Shown here: positions 29,888 to 40,333 of the stretch, one piece after another
How the letters are laid out: every line of letters begins with the position of its first letter
How positions within the stretch are numbered: the stretch's first letter is position 1
Source: Acidimicrobiia bacterium
Lineage (GTDB): Bacteria; Actinomycetota; Acidimicrobiia; Acidimicrobiales; JANYDT01
Assembly (NCBI GenBank): GCA_031423635.1
Contig: JANPFX010000086.1
Span: 2,123-66,122, forward strand
Length of the DNA stretch: 64,000 nucleotides
Direction: 5' to 3'
Notes under the pieces: generated by a model
The model's database searches: none
Told to the model about the DNA's origin: nothing
What the model saw: the letters and a program-made list of their open reading frames with translations, nothing else
Translations under genes and position numbers: made by a program

Positions 29888-30491
29888 ACCGGGCCGTGTG
29901 GTGCTCGCGTCGGGCTCACCGCGCCGACGCGAGTTGCTGTCGACACTCGGACTCACCTTCGTCGTGGACGCCGCCGACATCGACGAGACCGAGTTCGTCG
30001 CAGAGGATCCGACCCTGTATGTGGTCCGGCTCGCCCGGACGAAGGCGGCGCACGTCGCTGCCCGTCACGAACACGGCACGATCGTGATCGCCGCCGACAC
30101 CACGGTCGAGCTCGACGGCTCCATTCTCGGCAAGCCGACCGACCCGGTCCACGCCGGCAGCATGCTTGCCGCGCTCAGCGGTCGGACGCACCGGGTGCAC
30201 ACCGGCATGGCGGTCATGGTGGCCGGCGCGGTCGGCGAACCCTGGGTCAACCTGTCGACCACCGATGTGACGTTCAGATCGCTGGACGACGCGACCATCG
30301 AGCGCTACCTTGCCACCGGCGAGCCCATGGACAAGGCCGGGGCGTACGCCATCCAGGGAGTCGGTGGTGCGCTGGTCTCTCGGATCAGCGGCAACGTGCA
30401 GAACGTGATCGGCCTGCCCCTCGCCGACCTGTTGGCGAACCCGCTGGTCGACGCCATGGTCCGCGCGGTAGGTGTGACACCGGTCATCTGA
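29880..30491 (+). CDS. maf: Maf family nucleotide pyrophosphatase
   Basis: VLASGSPRRRELL, AADTTV, ILGKP, DKAGAYAIQG, NVIGLP. Start approximate. Confidence 0.93.
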   Translation: MVEPGRVVLASGSPRRRELLSTLGLTFVVDAADIDETEFVAEDPTLYVVRLARTKAAHVAARHEHGTIVIAADTTVELDGSILGKPTDPVHAGSMLAALSGRTHRVHTGMAVMVAGAVGEPWVNLSTTDVTFRSLDDATIERYLATGEPMDKAGAYAIQGVGGALVSRISGNVQNVIGLPLADLLANPLVDAMVRAVGVTPVI

Positions 30492-30525
30492 GCTGGGTCT
30501 CGGTCGGGGTCGGGCGCGAGAATGA

Positions 30526-31914
30526 ATGTTCTTGAATGCTGCTGACGCCGAAGTAAAACGCGCGGGTCGAGGACCTGAACACTCCGGAAAGCCGGTGGTC
30601 GAGGGCTCGATCGGGGCAGCGTGGGCATCACCGGCGTTCCGGCGGCTCTACATCGGATCAACCCTCTCGATGGTCGGCACCTGGTTGCAGAACGTCGTCG
30701 TGGCGCCCTTCGCCCTCGACCTGACCCGCAGCGCAGCGAACCCGAAGGGGTCGGCGTCGTTCGTCGGGCTGCTCACGGTGGCCCAACTCGGCCCGCTGTT
30801 GGTGCTCTCGATTCCGGGCGGCGTCCTTGCCAACCGGGTCGACCGCAAGAAGTTGATGATCGGCGCGCAGACGGTGCAGTCCATTGCCGCGTTCGGTCTC
30901 GCATTCGTGGCTTGGAAGATGAAGTCGCCCCTGGCGTTGTTCCTGGCGATCCTGGTGATCGGCACGGCGAACGCGATCTCCCAGCCGACGACGTCCTCTG
31001 TCCTCCCTGAACTCGTCGAACCGAAGAACATCGGCGGAGCGATATCGCTCAACTCGGCGACCATGAACGGATCGCGGTCGGTGGCCCCGATCATCGTGCT
31101 GGCGCTCACCGCTGCGGGCTTCGCCGTGCCGGGCTTCTTCTTCCTCAACGCGCTTTCGTATTTCGCCATGATCGTTGCCCTGTGGAAGCTGCCGATGCGG
31201 CGTCGGATCGAACATCGCGGATCAACCGGCAAGGCGGCCTTTCTCGACGGCATCCGCGAGGCGAAGGCGAATCCGGTGGTCGGGAGACTGCTCGTCTTCC
31301 TCTTCTCACTGTCGCTCATCTCCCTGCCGTTCATCGGACAGTTCGCAACGGTCGTCGAGCGATCCTTCGGAACGACCAGTAAGCGCACGTATCTTGTTCT
31401 CTTTGCTACGTGGGGCTTCGGCGCGGCCCTGGGTGCACTGAGCATCGGCACGGTGCTCGTTCGCCGCGATCAGCGTCGGCTCGTATCTCAGTTCTTCGTC
31501 GCATTCGCGGTGGCGCTCACCGCCTGGTCGTTCGCCGGTTCACCGGCGGTTGCCATGCCGATCGCCTTCGCTCTGGGGTTCACGTATTTCGGATCGACGA
31601 CGGCTATGTCGTCGGTGCTGCAGGCCCACCTCGACGTCCGCCGACGGGCCCCGGTGATGGCGCTGTGGTTCATGGCGTTCGGCGGTACCGTCCCGTTCGG
31701 CGCGATGTGGGGTGGATGGGCGATGGACCACTGGTCGGTGCGGGGCACGCTGCTCGTCGGCGCAGCATGGCTCGCCCTTCTCTCGTTCGCAGCGCGTGAC
31801 CTGCCGCGACGGAGCGATGCCTGGCGTGCCCGGACGCTCGACGTGGCGGCCCCTGGCGCGTTGGCCGTCGGAGCGGCGCGCTCGATGTCGGCGGATCAGG
31901 CCCTCGAGCCGTAG
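30526..31914 (+). CDS. MFS transporter (DHA3/macrolide-efflux-like)
   Basis: FRRLYIG, GTWLQNV, GGVLANRVDRKK, AISLNS; about 12 TM. Start uncertain. Confidence 0.88.
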   Translation: MFLNAADAEVKRAGRGPEHSGKPVVEGSIGAAWASPAFRRLYIGSTLSMVGTWLQNVVVAPFALDLTRSAANPKGSASFVGLLTVAQLGPLLVLSIPGGVLANRVDRKKLMIGAQTVQSIAAFGLAFVAWKMKSPLALFLAILVIGTANAISQPTTSSVLPELVEPKNIGGAISLNSATMNGSRSVAPIIVLALTAAGFAVPGFFFLNALSYFAMIVALWKLPMRRRIEHRGSTGKAAFLDGIREAKANPVVGRLLVFLFSLSLISLPFIGQFATVVERSFGTTSKRTYLVLFATWGFGAALGALSIGTVLVRRDQRRLVSQFFVAFAVALTAWSFAGSPAVAMPIAFALGFTYFGSTTAMSSVLQAHLDVRRRAPVMALWFMAFGGTVPFGAMWGGWAMDHWSVRGTLLVGAAWLALLSFAARDLPRRSDAWRARTLDVAAPGALAVGAARSMSADQALEP

Positions 31915-31978
31915 TTGCGCCCGGTTCCGGAGGGTCTCCCGAGGACCAAGCCTGCGCGCGGCGACCTCGGGAGGGGGT

Positions 31979-34894
31979 TCAGCGGTAGTCGGACAATGGC
32001 GGACACGAGCAGACGACGTTGCGGTCGCCGAAGGCACCGTCGATCCGCGAGACCGGGGGCCAGTACTTGTCCTTGCGCAGCGTCGGGAGTGGGTAGGCAG
32101 CAACCTCGCGAGGGTACGCGCGGCTCCACGAATCGCTGAGCACGTCCTCAGCCGGGTGCGGAGCGTGGACGAGCGGGTTGTCGTCTGCCGGCCATTCCCC
32201 GGAGACGACCCGATCGACCTCACCCCGGATCGCGATCATGGCATCACAGAAGCGATCGACTTCGGCCAGCGATTCACTTTCCGTCGGTTCGACCATGAGC
32301 GTTCCGGCAACCGGGAAAGACATCGTCGGCGCGTGGAATCCGTAGTCCATGAGTCGTTTGGCGACGTCGTCGACGGTGATGCCGGTCGACTGGGTGAGGG
32401 GGCGGAGATCGAGGATGCACTCATGGGCGACGCGTCCGTTCCGGCCGGTGTAGAGGACCGGGTAGTAGCCCTGGAGCCGCTGGGCGATGTAGTTCGCGGA
32501 GAGGATCGCCATCGCTGTGGCCATCCGGAGGCCCTCTGGTCCCATCATCGTGATGTACGTCCAGGGAATCGGCAGAATGCCGGCCGATCCGTACGGGGCG
32601 GAAGTAAGCGCACCTACGGATGCCTCGGAAGTGTGGCCATTGATGGACGACGTGCCCTCGATCGCGCCATGGCCGGGAAGGAACGGCGCCAGATGTGTCT
32701 TCACGCATACCGGTCCGACTCCGGGTCCTCCGCCGCCGTGGGGGATGCAGAACGTCTTGTGGAGGTTGAGATGGCTGACGTCTGCGCCGAACTTCCCCGG
32801 CTTGGCCAGACCGACAAGCGCGTTGAGATTGGCCCCGTCGAGGTACACCTGACCGCCGGCACCGTGGACAAGAGCGCAGATGTCGACGATTGCCGCCTCG
32901 AACACGCCGTGGGTGCTGGGGTACGTGATCATCAGCACGCTCAGTTGCGCGCCGTGCTGTGCGATCTTCGCTTGGAGGTCTTCCAGATCCACGTTCCCGC
33001 TGTCGTCGCAGGCGACCACCACGACGGTCATACCGCACATCGCCGCGCTTGCGGCGTTCGTGCCGTGGGCCGATGACGGGATCAGACACACTGTCCGAGC
33101 ACCCTCACCACGGGAGCGGTGGTACGCCCGAATGGCGAGGAGGCCTGCATACTCGCCCTGCGAGCCGGCGTTCGGTTGCAGCGAGACGGCGTCGTAGCCG
33201 GTGATCTCCACGAGCATGCGCTCGAGCTCGCCGACCAGCCGGCGATACCCGGCGGTCTGGGCGGCCGGTGCGAACGGATGCATTTCGGCAAACTCCGGCC
33301 ACGTGACGGGGATCATCTCCGTCGTCGCGTTGAGCTTCATGGTGCACGAGCCGAGGGGGATCATCGTCCGGTCGAGGGCGAGGTCGCGGTCCGCAAGGCG
33401 GCGCAGATAGCGGAGCATCTCCGTTTCGGTGCGGTAGCGACGGAACACGGGATGGGTGAGGATTTCACCACTCCTGCGGTCCTCGTCGGGCATACCGCTG
33501 AAGATTCCTTCGCTCCGTAACTCGGTCGGCGAGGTGACGCAACCCAGTGACGAGAGAACTGCCGCGAGGTGATCGTCGGTTGTGGTCTCGTCGCACGTGA
33601 CGGCGATGTGGTCGGCATCGACGAAGCGGACGTTCACGCCTCGGGCCAGAGCGTCGGCTACGACGTTCTCCGCCTGGGATGGCACCCCGACGGTGACGGT
33701 GTCGAACCAGGTCGAGTTCTCCGTGTTCAATCCCACGCTCCGGGCTCCGGCAGCAACCACCGATGCGCCGTCGTGGGTATGCCGGGCGATCCGGCGAAGG
33801 CCCTCCGGTCCGTGCCAGCACGCGTACATGCCGGACATCACGGCGAGGAGGACCTGGGCCGTGCAGATGTTGCTCGTCGCCTTGTCGCGGCGGATGTGCT
33901 GCTCGCGAGTCTGGAGGGCGAGGCGCATCGCAGTTCGCCCTGCTGCGTCGACGGATACCCCGACCAGGCGTCCCGGAAGCCCCCGCTTGTCGGCATCGCG
34001 CACGGCCATGAATCCGGCGTGCGGCCCGCCGAAACCGAGCGGCACACCGAATCGCTGCGCGGATCCAACGACCACGTCCGCCCCCCAGCTCCCGGGCGGG
34101 GTCAGGACGGTGCACGCCAGCAGGTCAGTGGCGACGCACACGAGGCCCTTCACCGAGTGCACGGCGTCGGTCAGTGTGCTCCGGGCGACCCGGTCACCGA
34201 GCGATCCACTGGTGTCGGGCCAGGCGAGAAGGCAGCCGAAGGCACCAGCAGCGACGTGAGCGCCGAGGGCGTCGGCAGGAGCGACGACGAGTTCGACGCC
34301 GAGCGGTTCGGCCCGAGTCCGAACGACATCGATGACCTGCGGATGGCACCCCGAGTCGACCAGGAAGCGGTCTGACGTCGACTTCGACTGGCGGTGGGCG
34401 AATGCCATCGCTTCGGCCGCGGCCGTTGCCTCGTCGAGAAGCGAGGCGTTCGCCAGATCCATGCCGGTCAGATCGGCGACCATCGTCTGGAAGTTCAGGA
34501 TGGCTTCGAGGCGTCCCTGGCTGATCTCGGGCTGGTACGGCGTGTAGGAGGTGTACCAGGCCGGGTTCTCCAACACGTTGCGGAGGACGACCGGGGGAAT
34601 CACGCAGTTCGCGTAGCCCTGGCCGAGCATCGACGTGGTCACGGTGTTGCCCGAGGCGATCCGGCGAAGTCGGTCGAGTGCCTCCGTCTCCGAGAGCGGC
34701 GCATCCAAGTTCAGCGGTTGGCGGATGCGGATCGACTCGGGAACGATTTCGTCGAGCAGATCCTCGATCGTCGGCACTCCGAGCGCCGCGAGCATCTTGT
34801 CCGCCTCACTCGACGTCGGCCCGAGGTGTCGGTCGGCGAACGCCGACAGGTCCTGGGACGGAACGGACGGTGTGCGCTGCGGTACTTCGGACAT
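31979..34894 (-). CDS. gcvP: Glycine dehydrogenase (decarboxylating), P protein
   Basis: [62 protein letters not shown]; ATG 34894 follows AGGAG. Confidence 0.98.
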   Translation of the reverse strand: MSEVPQRTPSVPSQDLSAFADRHLGPTSSEADKMLAALGVPTIEDLLDEIVPESIRIRQPLNLDAPLSETEALDRLRRIASGNTVTTSMLGQGYANCVIPPVVLRNVLENPAWYTSYTPYQPEISQGRLEAILNFQTMVADLTGMDLANASLLDEATAAAEAMAFAHRQSKSTSDRFLVDSGCHPQVIDVVRTRAEPLGVELVVAPADALGAHVAAGAFGCLLAWPDTSGSLGDRVARSTLTDAVHSVKGLVCVATDLLACTVLTPPGSWGADVVVGSAQRFGVPLGFGGPHAGFMAVRDADKRGLPGRLVGVSVDAAGRTAMRLALQTREQHIRRDKATSNICTAQVLLAVMSGMYACWHGPEGLRRIARHTHDGASVVAAGARSVGLNTENSTWFDTVTVGVPSQAENVVADALARGVNVRFVDADHIAVTCDETTTDDHLAAVLSSLGCVTSPTELRSEGIFSGMPDEDRRSGEILTHPVFRRYRTETEMLRYLRRLADRDLALDRTMIPLGSCTMKLNATTEMIPVTWPEFAEMHPFAPAAQTAGYRRLVGELERMLVEITGYDAVSLQPNAGSQGEYAGLLAIRAYHRSRGEGARTVCLIPSSAHGTNAASAAMCGMTVVVVACDDSGNVDLEDLQAKIAQHGAQLSVLMITYPSTHGVFEAAIVDICALVHGAGGQVYLDGANLNALVGLAKPGKFGADVSHLNLHKTFCIPHGGGGPGVGPVCVKTHLAPFLPGHGAIEGTSSINGHTSEASVGALTSAPYGSAGILPIPWTYITMMGPEGLRMATAMAILSANYIAQRLQGYYPVLYTGRNGRVAHECILDLRPLTQSTGITVDDVAKRLMDYGFHAPTMSFPVAGTLMVEPTESESLAEVDRFCDAMIAIRGEVDRVVSGEWPADDNPLVHAPHPAEDVLSDSWSRAYPREVAAYPLPTLRKDKYWPPVSRIDGAFGDRNVVCSCPPLSDYR

Positions 34895-34935
34895 GGGACT
34901 CCTCGTGGGCACAGGTGTGCGCGAATGGATTCCCC

Positions 34936-35174
34936 CGCTGTCCGTTGACCTGAGAGATTCGTCCGCCGAAACCCGCAGCGGACTTTTCACCTTCGGTGCG
35001 CCCGCCCTGGCGGGACGGTCGGCTCTCCAGCGTTGCCGGTTCGAAGGTCTCCCTTCTTGCTGACGATGACGGTGCGGGTGCCTGAGAGGTTCCGGGGTGG
35101 TTGCTCCTACGGCGCCGGTCTCGGTCGTCGCTCGTGCTGCGAGCGCGACTTTCGTCCGGACTCTCCCGCCATCG
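34936..35174 (-). ncRNA. Tandem glycine riboswitch
   Basis: Minus strand. Aptamer 1: CGAUGGCGG-GAGAG...CGCCGUAGGAGCAA...CUCUCAGGC...CCGUCAUCG (35174-35064). Aptamer 2: CGCUG-GAGAG...CACCGAAGGUG...CUCUCAGGU...GACAGCG (35032-34936). Lies directly upstream of gcvP. Confidence 0.93.
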
Positions 35175-35191
35175 ACGTTGACGGCGTCGTC

Positions 35192-35197
35192 AGACTA
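35192..35197 (-). promoter_or_regulatory. Putative -10 element (TAGTCT) for the riboswitch-gcvP transcript
   Basis: TANNNT about 18 nt upstream of aptamer 1 P1. Confidence 0.55.
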
Positions 35198-35307
35198 ACC
35201 GGTGACGAACCCGGAGAGGGGCGCGCCGGTGGGCCGGGCCCGACGAACGGGGCGAAGCCATGGAGCTGCGGTGTGGCGACGCGCCGACTCATCACTACGA
35301 TGCTGGC

Positions 35308-35964
35308 GTGAGTTCGGGGAGATGGCGTCAATCGCTGAATGAGCGGTTGACCCAGCTCGCCATGGGGCCCGAGGTGCTTACCCGCAGGATGCTGCTGCGC
35401 CCGCTTCGTCCGAGCGACGCGCCGGCGTGGCAGGAGGTGCGCCGACGCTGCGAGAGCTGGCTCACCAAATGGGAGCCGGCGCGCCCGGTCGGGAGCGCAG
35501 ATGCCGTGAGCAGCCGGCGGATCTTCGAGAACCGCTGCGAAGCCCGCGACCGTGAACGGGCAGCCGGGACTGCCGTCGGGTTCGCGATGCTCTACGACGG
35601 TCGTTTCGTCGGCGAATGCAACCTCAACAACATCGCTCGTGGCGCAATGCAGAGCGCCACGATCGGCTACTGGATCGATGAGTCGGTCGCTGGGCTCGGT
35701 CTCACCGGTGAGGCCGTCGTCGGGGTGATGAGCCATGCGTTCGAGACGTTGGGGCTTCATCGGGTCGAGATCGCCATCGTTCCACGGAACCGAGCGTCGA
35801 TCCGGGTCGTCGAGAAGCTCGGCCTCCGTGAGGAAGGCATTGCCCAGCGATTGATCGAGATCAACGGGGTGTGGGAGGACCATCGACGCTTTGCCATCAC
35901 CGTCGAGGAATGGCACCAACGGGCGGCGGACTTCCGACGCGCCTATCTCGACGAGGCCGTCTGA
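35308..35964 (+). CDS. RimJ/RimL-family GNAT N-acetyltransferase
   Basis: WLTKWEP, NIARGAMQSATIGYWID, GLHRVEIAIVPRNRASIRVVEKLG, WEDH; GTG 35308 is 6 nt after TACGAT. Confidence 0.9.
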   Translation: MSSGRWRQSLNERLTQLAMGPEVLTRRMLLRPLRPSDAPAWQEVRRRCESWLTKWEPARPVGSADAVSSRRIFENRCEARDRERAAGTAVGFAMLYDGRFVGECNLNNIARGAMQSATIGYWIDESVAGLGLTGEAVVGVMSHAFETLGLHRVEIAIVPRNRASIRVVEKLGLREEGIAQRLIEINGVWEDHRRFAITVEEWHQRAADFRRAYLDEAV

Positions 35965-35979
35965 AGGGTCGCCGACGAG

Positions 35980-38685
35980 TCAGCGGCGATGCCAGCGCAG
36001 CGCCATCGCAACGGCCACCACGGTAACGAGGCCGAACCCGACGGGCCCCACCACGACGTCGCTGATCAGCTTGACCGTCGAGGCCGAACCGAGCCGTCGT
36101 CCGGCGACGAATCGAAGAGCACCGATAGCGATCGCGACGACTCCGGTGGCTGCGGCCAGTCCGACGACGGGAGCCCAACGGCGAAGATGCGACCGGATCG
36201 CGAGGAAGCTCGGCAACGTCAGCAGGACTGTTCCGACCGCAAGCGCGACCGGCCATGCGGACCCGGCTGATCCGAACGACTCGCCGATGCGGAGAAGACT
36301 CGCCTCGCGGCCGGTGTAACGGGTCGGGATCACCGGCTGGTCGCCGAGCAGGGTCAGGACGATCCGCACAATGGCGAATCCGACCAGCGCAGTCCCGATG
36401 GTCCCGGCGAATCCCGAGATCTCCGGTGCGACCCCTTCATCGATGACAGTGGTCGGCTCGAGTGGACGCGACGGGTATGGCCGGTCGGACGACGGACGCG
36501 TTGCGGTCGGCCGGCGTGAGCCCGGCGACCCGGCGGCGACCCCGGCCGGGCCCACCGGCGCGGCTCCAACCGAAGTCCGCGCGCGCTCCAGGCGTTGCGG
36601 AGGGCGGGTCCACGGGTCGTCCGCGGACGAGGCCGACGAGTTGGGTCGGTTCCCGGTCGCCGGGGTGGGCGCCGAACCGCCCGGTCGGGCCGCTCTGACG
36701 GGTGGTTGAGCCCAGGGGTCGACCTCGGGCACGGCGGTCTCGTCGGCCGCCGCGGCGCTGGCGACCACGTCGATGGTCGGAACGGCGTCAGGAGTCGATG
36801 TCGAGGCGGACGACGTCGGAGCGGCGACCTCGAGTTCTGGCTCCACCGTCATCAGGTCGCCACTCGCCGGAACGGCGTCCGTCACCGGCGCGTCGACGTC
36901 CGGACCGGTGGCCTCGGCGGTGTCTGGTGCAATGCCCGGGTCGGTTGCCATCCCCGCGGTGTCGAGGGTGTCGTCCGTAACCGTGGCTTCCGGAGCGGCC
37001 GTTTCCAGGAACGGGCGCGCCGTGTCGTTGTCGACCGTCGCCGACGGTGCAGCGGTGGTCGGTGCTGGCGCATCGTCGCGGGGTCGGGTCGGAAACGAGT
37101 CGTCCAGGTCGCCGTCGGAGCCGAACTCTGCCGCCAGCGCCGCCCACCGCCGGCTGGTGATCTTCGGCGTCGGCGCCGCGACAGGGCGGGCGGACGACGC
37201 ATCGGCCGGTGCATTCCGAACGGCGGCGGGCGCGGTCTTGCCCGCGCCCTCGGCCATGCGTCGGGACGGGGCGGGTGAACGATCGCCCGAAGCGGCCTCG
37301 GTACCGACGAACGACTCCGCCGTCGGCTGGTGCACGGCGGACGAGGTTTCGCCCTGATCGTCGTGATCGTCGTCGGAGACCACCGAAACCGTGACGAATC
37401 GAGCCGGTGGTTGCTGGGGAGGAACCGGATCGGCGAAGCCGGGCAGCCGGACGCGTACCTCTTCAGCGGCAACGAAGGGGTCGGCCTTCGCGGCCTCCAG
37501 GTCGCGGACGAAGTCGGCCGCGGGGGCGAATGCGGAGTGCGATCCGTCGCGAACGGAACTCCCGGAATCCTCAACCTCGTCGGCAGGAGGGGGCGTCTCG
37601 AAGCCGGACGGCTCGTCGAGGTTCGGAGCCCACCCGGCGCGAGGCGCGGTCGCCGTCAGCGGCTCCTCGTCGAGGACGGTGAGGTCCTCGAGTTCGAGTT
37701 GTTCGGGCTCGAGCGCGTCGCTGAGCATCAGTTCGTCGTCTGAGGGGGTCCCCTGGGTGAGAGCGCTCGGGTTGTCGTCTTCGCCGGTCGGCTCAATGTG
37801 CGCATCGAACTCGGGTGGATCGAGCACCCCTTGCGCCGCGTCTCTCGGCCCCTCCGGGAGCGAGACGGACGGCTCCTCGATCTGATCCTTGGTCCCCGCA
37901 TCGATGCCCGGGACAGTGGTGTCGGGCCCGGGCACGTCCGGCGACTTGGTCAGGAGTGGATCGAACGCCTCGACCGGTTCCCAGATCGGACTGAGTGGCT
38001 CGTCGACGGCAAGGTCCGACGGTTCGTCGTCGGAGGCGGGGATCGCCGCGACGTGACCGCCGAGTTGACCGTCGACAGCATCGTCGACGGCCTCGTCCTC
38101 GGCCGTGACGACATTGTCGTGGAGGGTCGATTCGTCGATCGCCAGGAGATCGGGATCCGTGGCCCAATCGGACGAGGGGTGATCGTTGGGGTCGGGGTCT
38201 GGCGCGTTTGTCTGCTTCCCGGCGGCATCTGCCACGGAGAAGGACAGTGGCTCGGTGGTGTCGCTGTCACCGGCACGCAGAGTCTCGAGACCGAGACCTC
38301 CGGGAACGAGCACGGTCGCCTCGGATTCCAGGGTCGCCTCAGTTTCGGCGCGGAGCGATCGCAAGCCTGTGGTGGCGGTGTCGGCCGGCCGGTTGGCATC
38401 GCCACCCCATCGTTTGGTGTTCCGGCGCGCCGCGGTCTCGAAATCGTCAGCCTCGGACTGCAGCCACGCGTCGACCGCCTCCGGTCGTGGCGCTGCGGCA
38501 GGCGGAACCGACGAGCGAGCCCCACCGTTGGTGAAGTCGTCGTCCCAGTCGTCCCACGCGCTGGCCGACCAGGGATCGTCGAACGCGTCGGCACCCTTGC
38601 GCTCGTCGGCGGTTGCCGCAGCGTCGCCACGATCGCGGCGGAACAACCCGCGACGGCGCTTCGGCGTGCCTTCGTCCGTAGTCAT
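35980..38685 (-). CDS. Large acidic, low-complexity protein with four C-terminal TM helices, function unknown
   Basis: 901-aa ORF, D/E/P/A/T-rich for about 750 aa, hydrophobic C-terminus; TAGATT upstream of the ATG. Confidence 0.78.
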   Translation of the reverse strand: MTTDEGTPKRRRGLFRRDRGDAAATADERKGADAFDDPWSASAWDDWDDDFTNGGARSSVPPAAAPRPEAVDAWLQSEADDFETAARRNTKRWGGDANRPADTATTGLRSLRAETEATLESEATVLVPGGLGLETLRAGDSDTTEPLSFSVADAAGKQTNAPDPDPNDHPSSDWATDPDLLAIDESTLHDNVVTAEDEAVDDAVDGQLGGHVAAIPASDDEPSDLAVDEPLSPIWEPVEAFDPLLTKSPDVPGPDTTVPGIDAGTKDQIEEPSVSLPEGPRDAAQGVLDPPEFDAHIEPTGEDDNPSALTQGTPSDDELMLSDALEPEQLELEDLTVLDEEPLTATAPRAGWAPNLDEPSGFETPPPADEVEDSGSSVRDGSHSAFAPAADFVRDLEAAKADPFVAAEEVRVRLPGFADPVPPQQPPARFVTVSVVSDDDHDDQGETSSAVHQPTAESFVGTEAASGDRSPAPSRRMAEGAGKTAPAAVRNAPADASSARPVAAPTPKITSRRWAALAAEFGSDGDLDDSFPTRPRDDAPAPTTAAPSATVDNDTARPFLETAAPEATVTDDTLDTAGMATDPGIAPDTAEATGPDVDAPVTDAVPASGDLMTVEPELEVAAPTSSASTSTPDAVPTIDVVASAAAADETAVPEVDPWAQPPVRAARPGGSAPTPATGNRPNSSASSADDPWTRPPQRLERARTSVGAAPVGPAGVAAGSPGSRRPTATRPSSDRPYPSRPLEPTTVIDEGVAPEISGFAGTIGTALVGFAIVRIVLTLLGDQPVIPTRYTGREASLLRIGESFGSAGSAWPVALAVGTVLLTLPSFLAIRSHLRRWAPVVGLAAATGVVAIAIGALRFVAGRRLGSASTVKLISDVVVGPVGFGLVTVVAVAMALRWHRR

Positions 38686-38858
38686 GACGGGACCAATCTA
38701 GGTTCCATGGAGCCGGGGGTCGGGGACTTCGCCAGGCGTGCGGGTTCCCTCGAGTCGGTTGGGCGCTCGTTTCAGCGAGTCGCCGGCGTCGGCCCTGGCC
38801 AGCGCCTCACACGTGCGAGGTGGCGAAAGTGTCACAGGGGTGCCGCCACACTTCGTTC

Positions 38859-39230
38859 ATGTCCGTGTTGCACCCGATCCCTCGACCCCAGTCATCCGGT
38901 CCGCATCGCGGGGTGTCGTTTGCCGAGTTCGGGGATCTGGTCGCCGATCTCTCCCGGTGGGCACGTCGCCGGCACCTCCGCATGCCGGGAGTGCAGTCCC
39001 CGCCGCGGGTACCGGGCGCCGAGCGGGTGGTCCGGCGATTCGGCGGCGAGGTCCGAACCATTGCCGTCGCCGTTCGAGGTCGGGGTCGCGTCGATGTACT
39101 GGTCGACGTCGTCTCCGGCATTTTGCTGGCCAACGGTGTGGCGCGTCGCGATTGGCCACCGATGATCGACGACGCACGGGCTGCAGTCGAGGTTGGACCG
39201 GTCGGCCCCCGATTTCTCGACGCAGCGTAG
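38859..39230 (+). CDS. Hypothetical protein
   Basis: Protein-like composition (QSPPRVPGAERVVRR...VAVRGRGRVDVLVDVVSGILLAN); fills the gap before the tRNA. Confidence 0.6.
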   Translation: MSVLHPIPRPQSSGPHRGVSFAEFGDLVADLSRWARRRHLRMPGVQSPPRVPGAERVVRRFGGEVRTIAVAVRGRGRVDVLVDVVSGILLANGVARRDWPPMIDDARAAVEVGPVGPRFLDAA

Positions 39231-39246
39231 GCTGACGATCGTCGCC

Positions 39247-39329
39247 GCCCGGGTGGCGAAATGGCAGACGCAGGGCGCTTAAACCGCCCGGGTCGAAAGA
39301 CCGTGCGGGTTCGACCCCCGCCCCGGGCA
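39247..39329 (+). tRNA. tRNA-Leu(UAA), bldA-type; CCA not encoded
   Basis: Acceptor GCCCGGG/CCCGGGC, D arm TGGCGAAATGGCAGACGC, anticodon arm GGGCG-CTTAAAC-CGCCC, variable arm GGTC-GAAA-GACC, T arm GCGGG-TTCGACC-CCCGC; TAGGCT at 39228-39233. Confidence 0.96.
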
Positions 39330-39349
39330 CCCGTCAGCGACCGCCGTGG

Positions 39350-40333
39350 CTACGGCGTGCCGACAAGCTTTCTCGCGTAGGCGAGCGCGTGGGTCAGCGA
39401 ATCGGTGAACGCCGTTCCCTTCCAGGCGATGTCGAAGGCCGTGCCGTGGTCGACGCTGGTGCGAATGATCGGTAGCCCGATCGTCACGTTCACACCGGTG
39501 TCGAAGGCGAGCAGCTTCATCGGACCGTGCCCTTGGTCGTGATACATGCAAACGATGGCGTCGTAGCGTTGTTGGTGCACTGCGGCGAAGAACACCGTGT
39601 CGGCGGGATGAGGTCCGGACGCATCGATACCAGCCGCCTTCGCCGCCTCGATCGCCGGAGCGATGTGCTCGATGTCCTCGTCGCCGAAGAGTCCGTGCTC
39701 GCCGGCGTGGGGGTTGAGGCCGCACACGGCAATTCGCGGTCGATGGAGGAAACGCCGGAGCGTCGCGTCGGTCAGGCCGATGACATCGAGCACGCGCGGT
39801 ACGCGCACCCGTTCGATCGCTGTGCGAAGCGAGCAGTGGGTGCTCACGTGCGTCACGGCAAGAGGACCGTTCGTCAGCATCATGGTCACCTTCTCGGTCC
39901 CGCACAACGTTGCGATGAACTCGGTGTGTCCGACGAATCCAGGGTCGCTGCGCTGCGTCGCCTCCTTGTTCATCGGCATGGTCACGATCGCGCCGACCCG
40001 TCCGTCGAGGGCGTCGTGAGTGGCCCGCTCCACGTAGTCGCGGGCGGCGGCGCCACTTGCGGCGCTCAGGACTCCCGGCGTGAATTGGGCATCGGTGAGT
40101 CGGGCGAGGTCAACGACCGCGAGACGTCCCGGCGTCCGATGGCCGGGCTCGTCGACGACCGCGACAGCGTCGGGCACACCGAGGAGTGCGGCCCCCGCCC
40201 GCAGCACACGGGCGTCGCCGTAGATCACCACGTCGTCGAGCCTGCCGCTCGCGAAGGAGCGCAAAACGATCTCGGGGCCAACGCCAGAGCTGTCGCCCAT
40301 GGTGATCGCGATCGGTAGGTGTTCTCGGGTCAT
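39350..40333 (-). CDS. pdxA: PdxA family dehydrogenase; by context probably PdxA2 (D-threonate/erythronate 4-phosphate dehydrogenase)
   Basis: ITMGDSSGVGPEI, GHTEF, GLNPHAGE, MYHDQGH, RTSVDHGTAFDIAW; coupled to a DUF1537 kinase. Confidence 0.92.
   Translation of the reverse strand: MTREHLPIAITMGDSSGVGPEIVLRSFASGRLDDVVIYGDARVLRAGAALLGVPDAVAVVDEPGHRTPGRLAVVDLARLTDAQFTPGVLSAASGAAARDYVERATHDALDGRVGAIVTMPMNKEATQRSDPGFVGHTEFIATLCGTEKVTMMLTNGPLAVTHVSTHCSLRTAIERVRVPRVLDVIGLTDATLRRFLHRPRIAVCGLNPHAGEHGLFGDEDIEHIAPAIEAAKAAGIDASGPHPADTVFFAAVHQQRYDAIVCMYHDQGHGPMKLLAFDTGVNVTIGLPIIRTSVDHGTAFDIAWKGTAFTDSLTHALAYARKLVGTP

Noticed and set aside
39247-39350. tRNA-Leu as integration site of an island
   Set aside because: No integrase nearby and I saw no duplicated tRNA 3' end in the window; pdxA ends 20 bp downstream.
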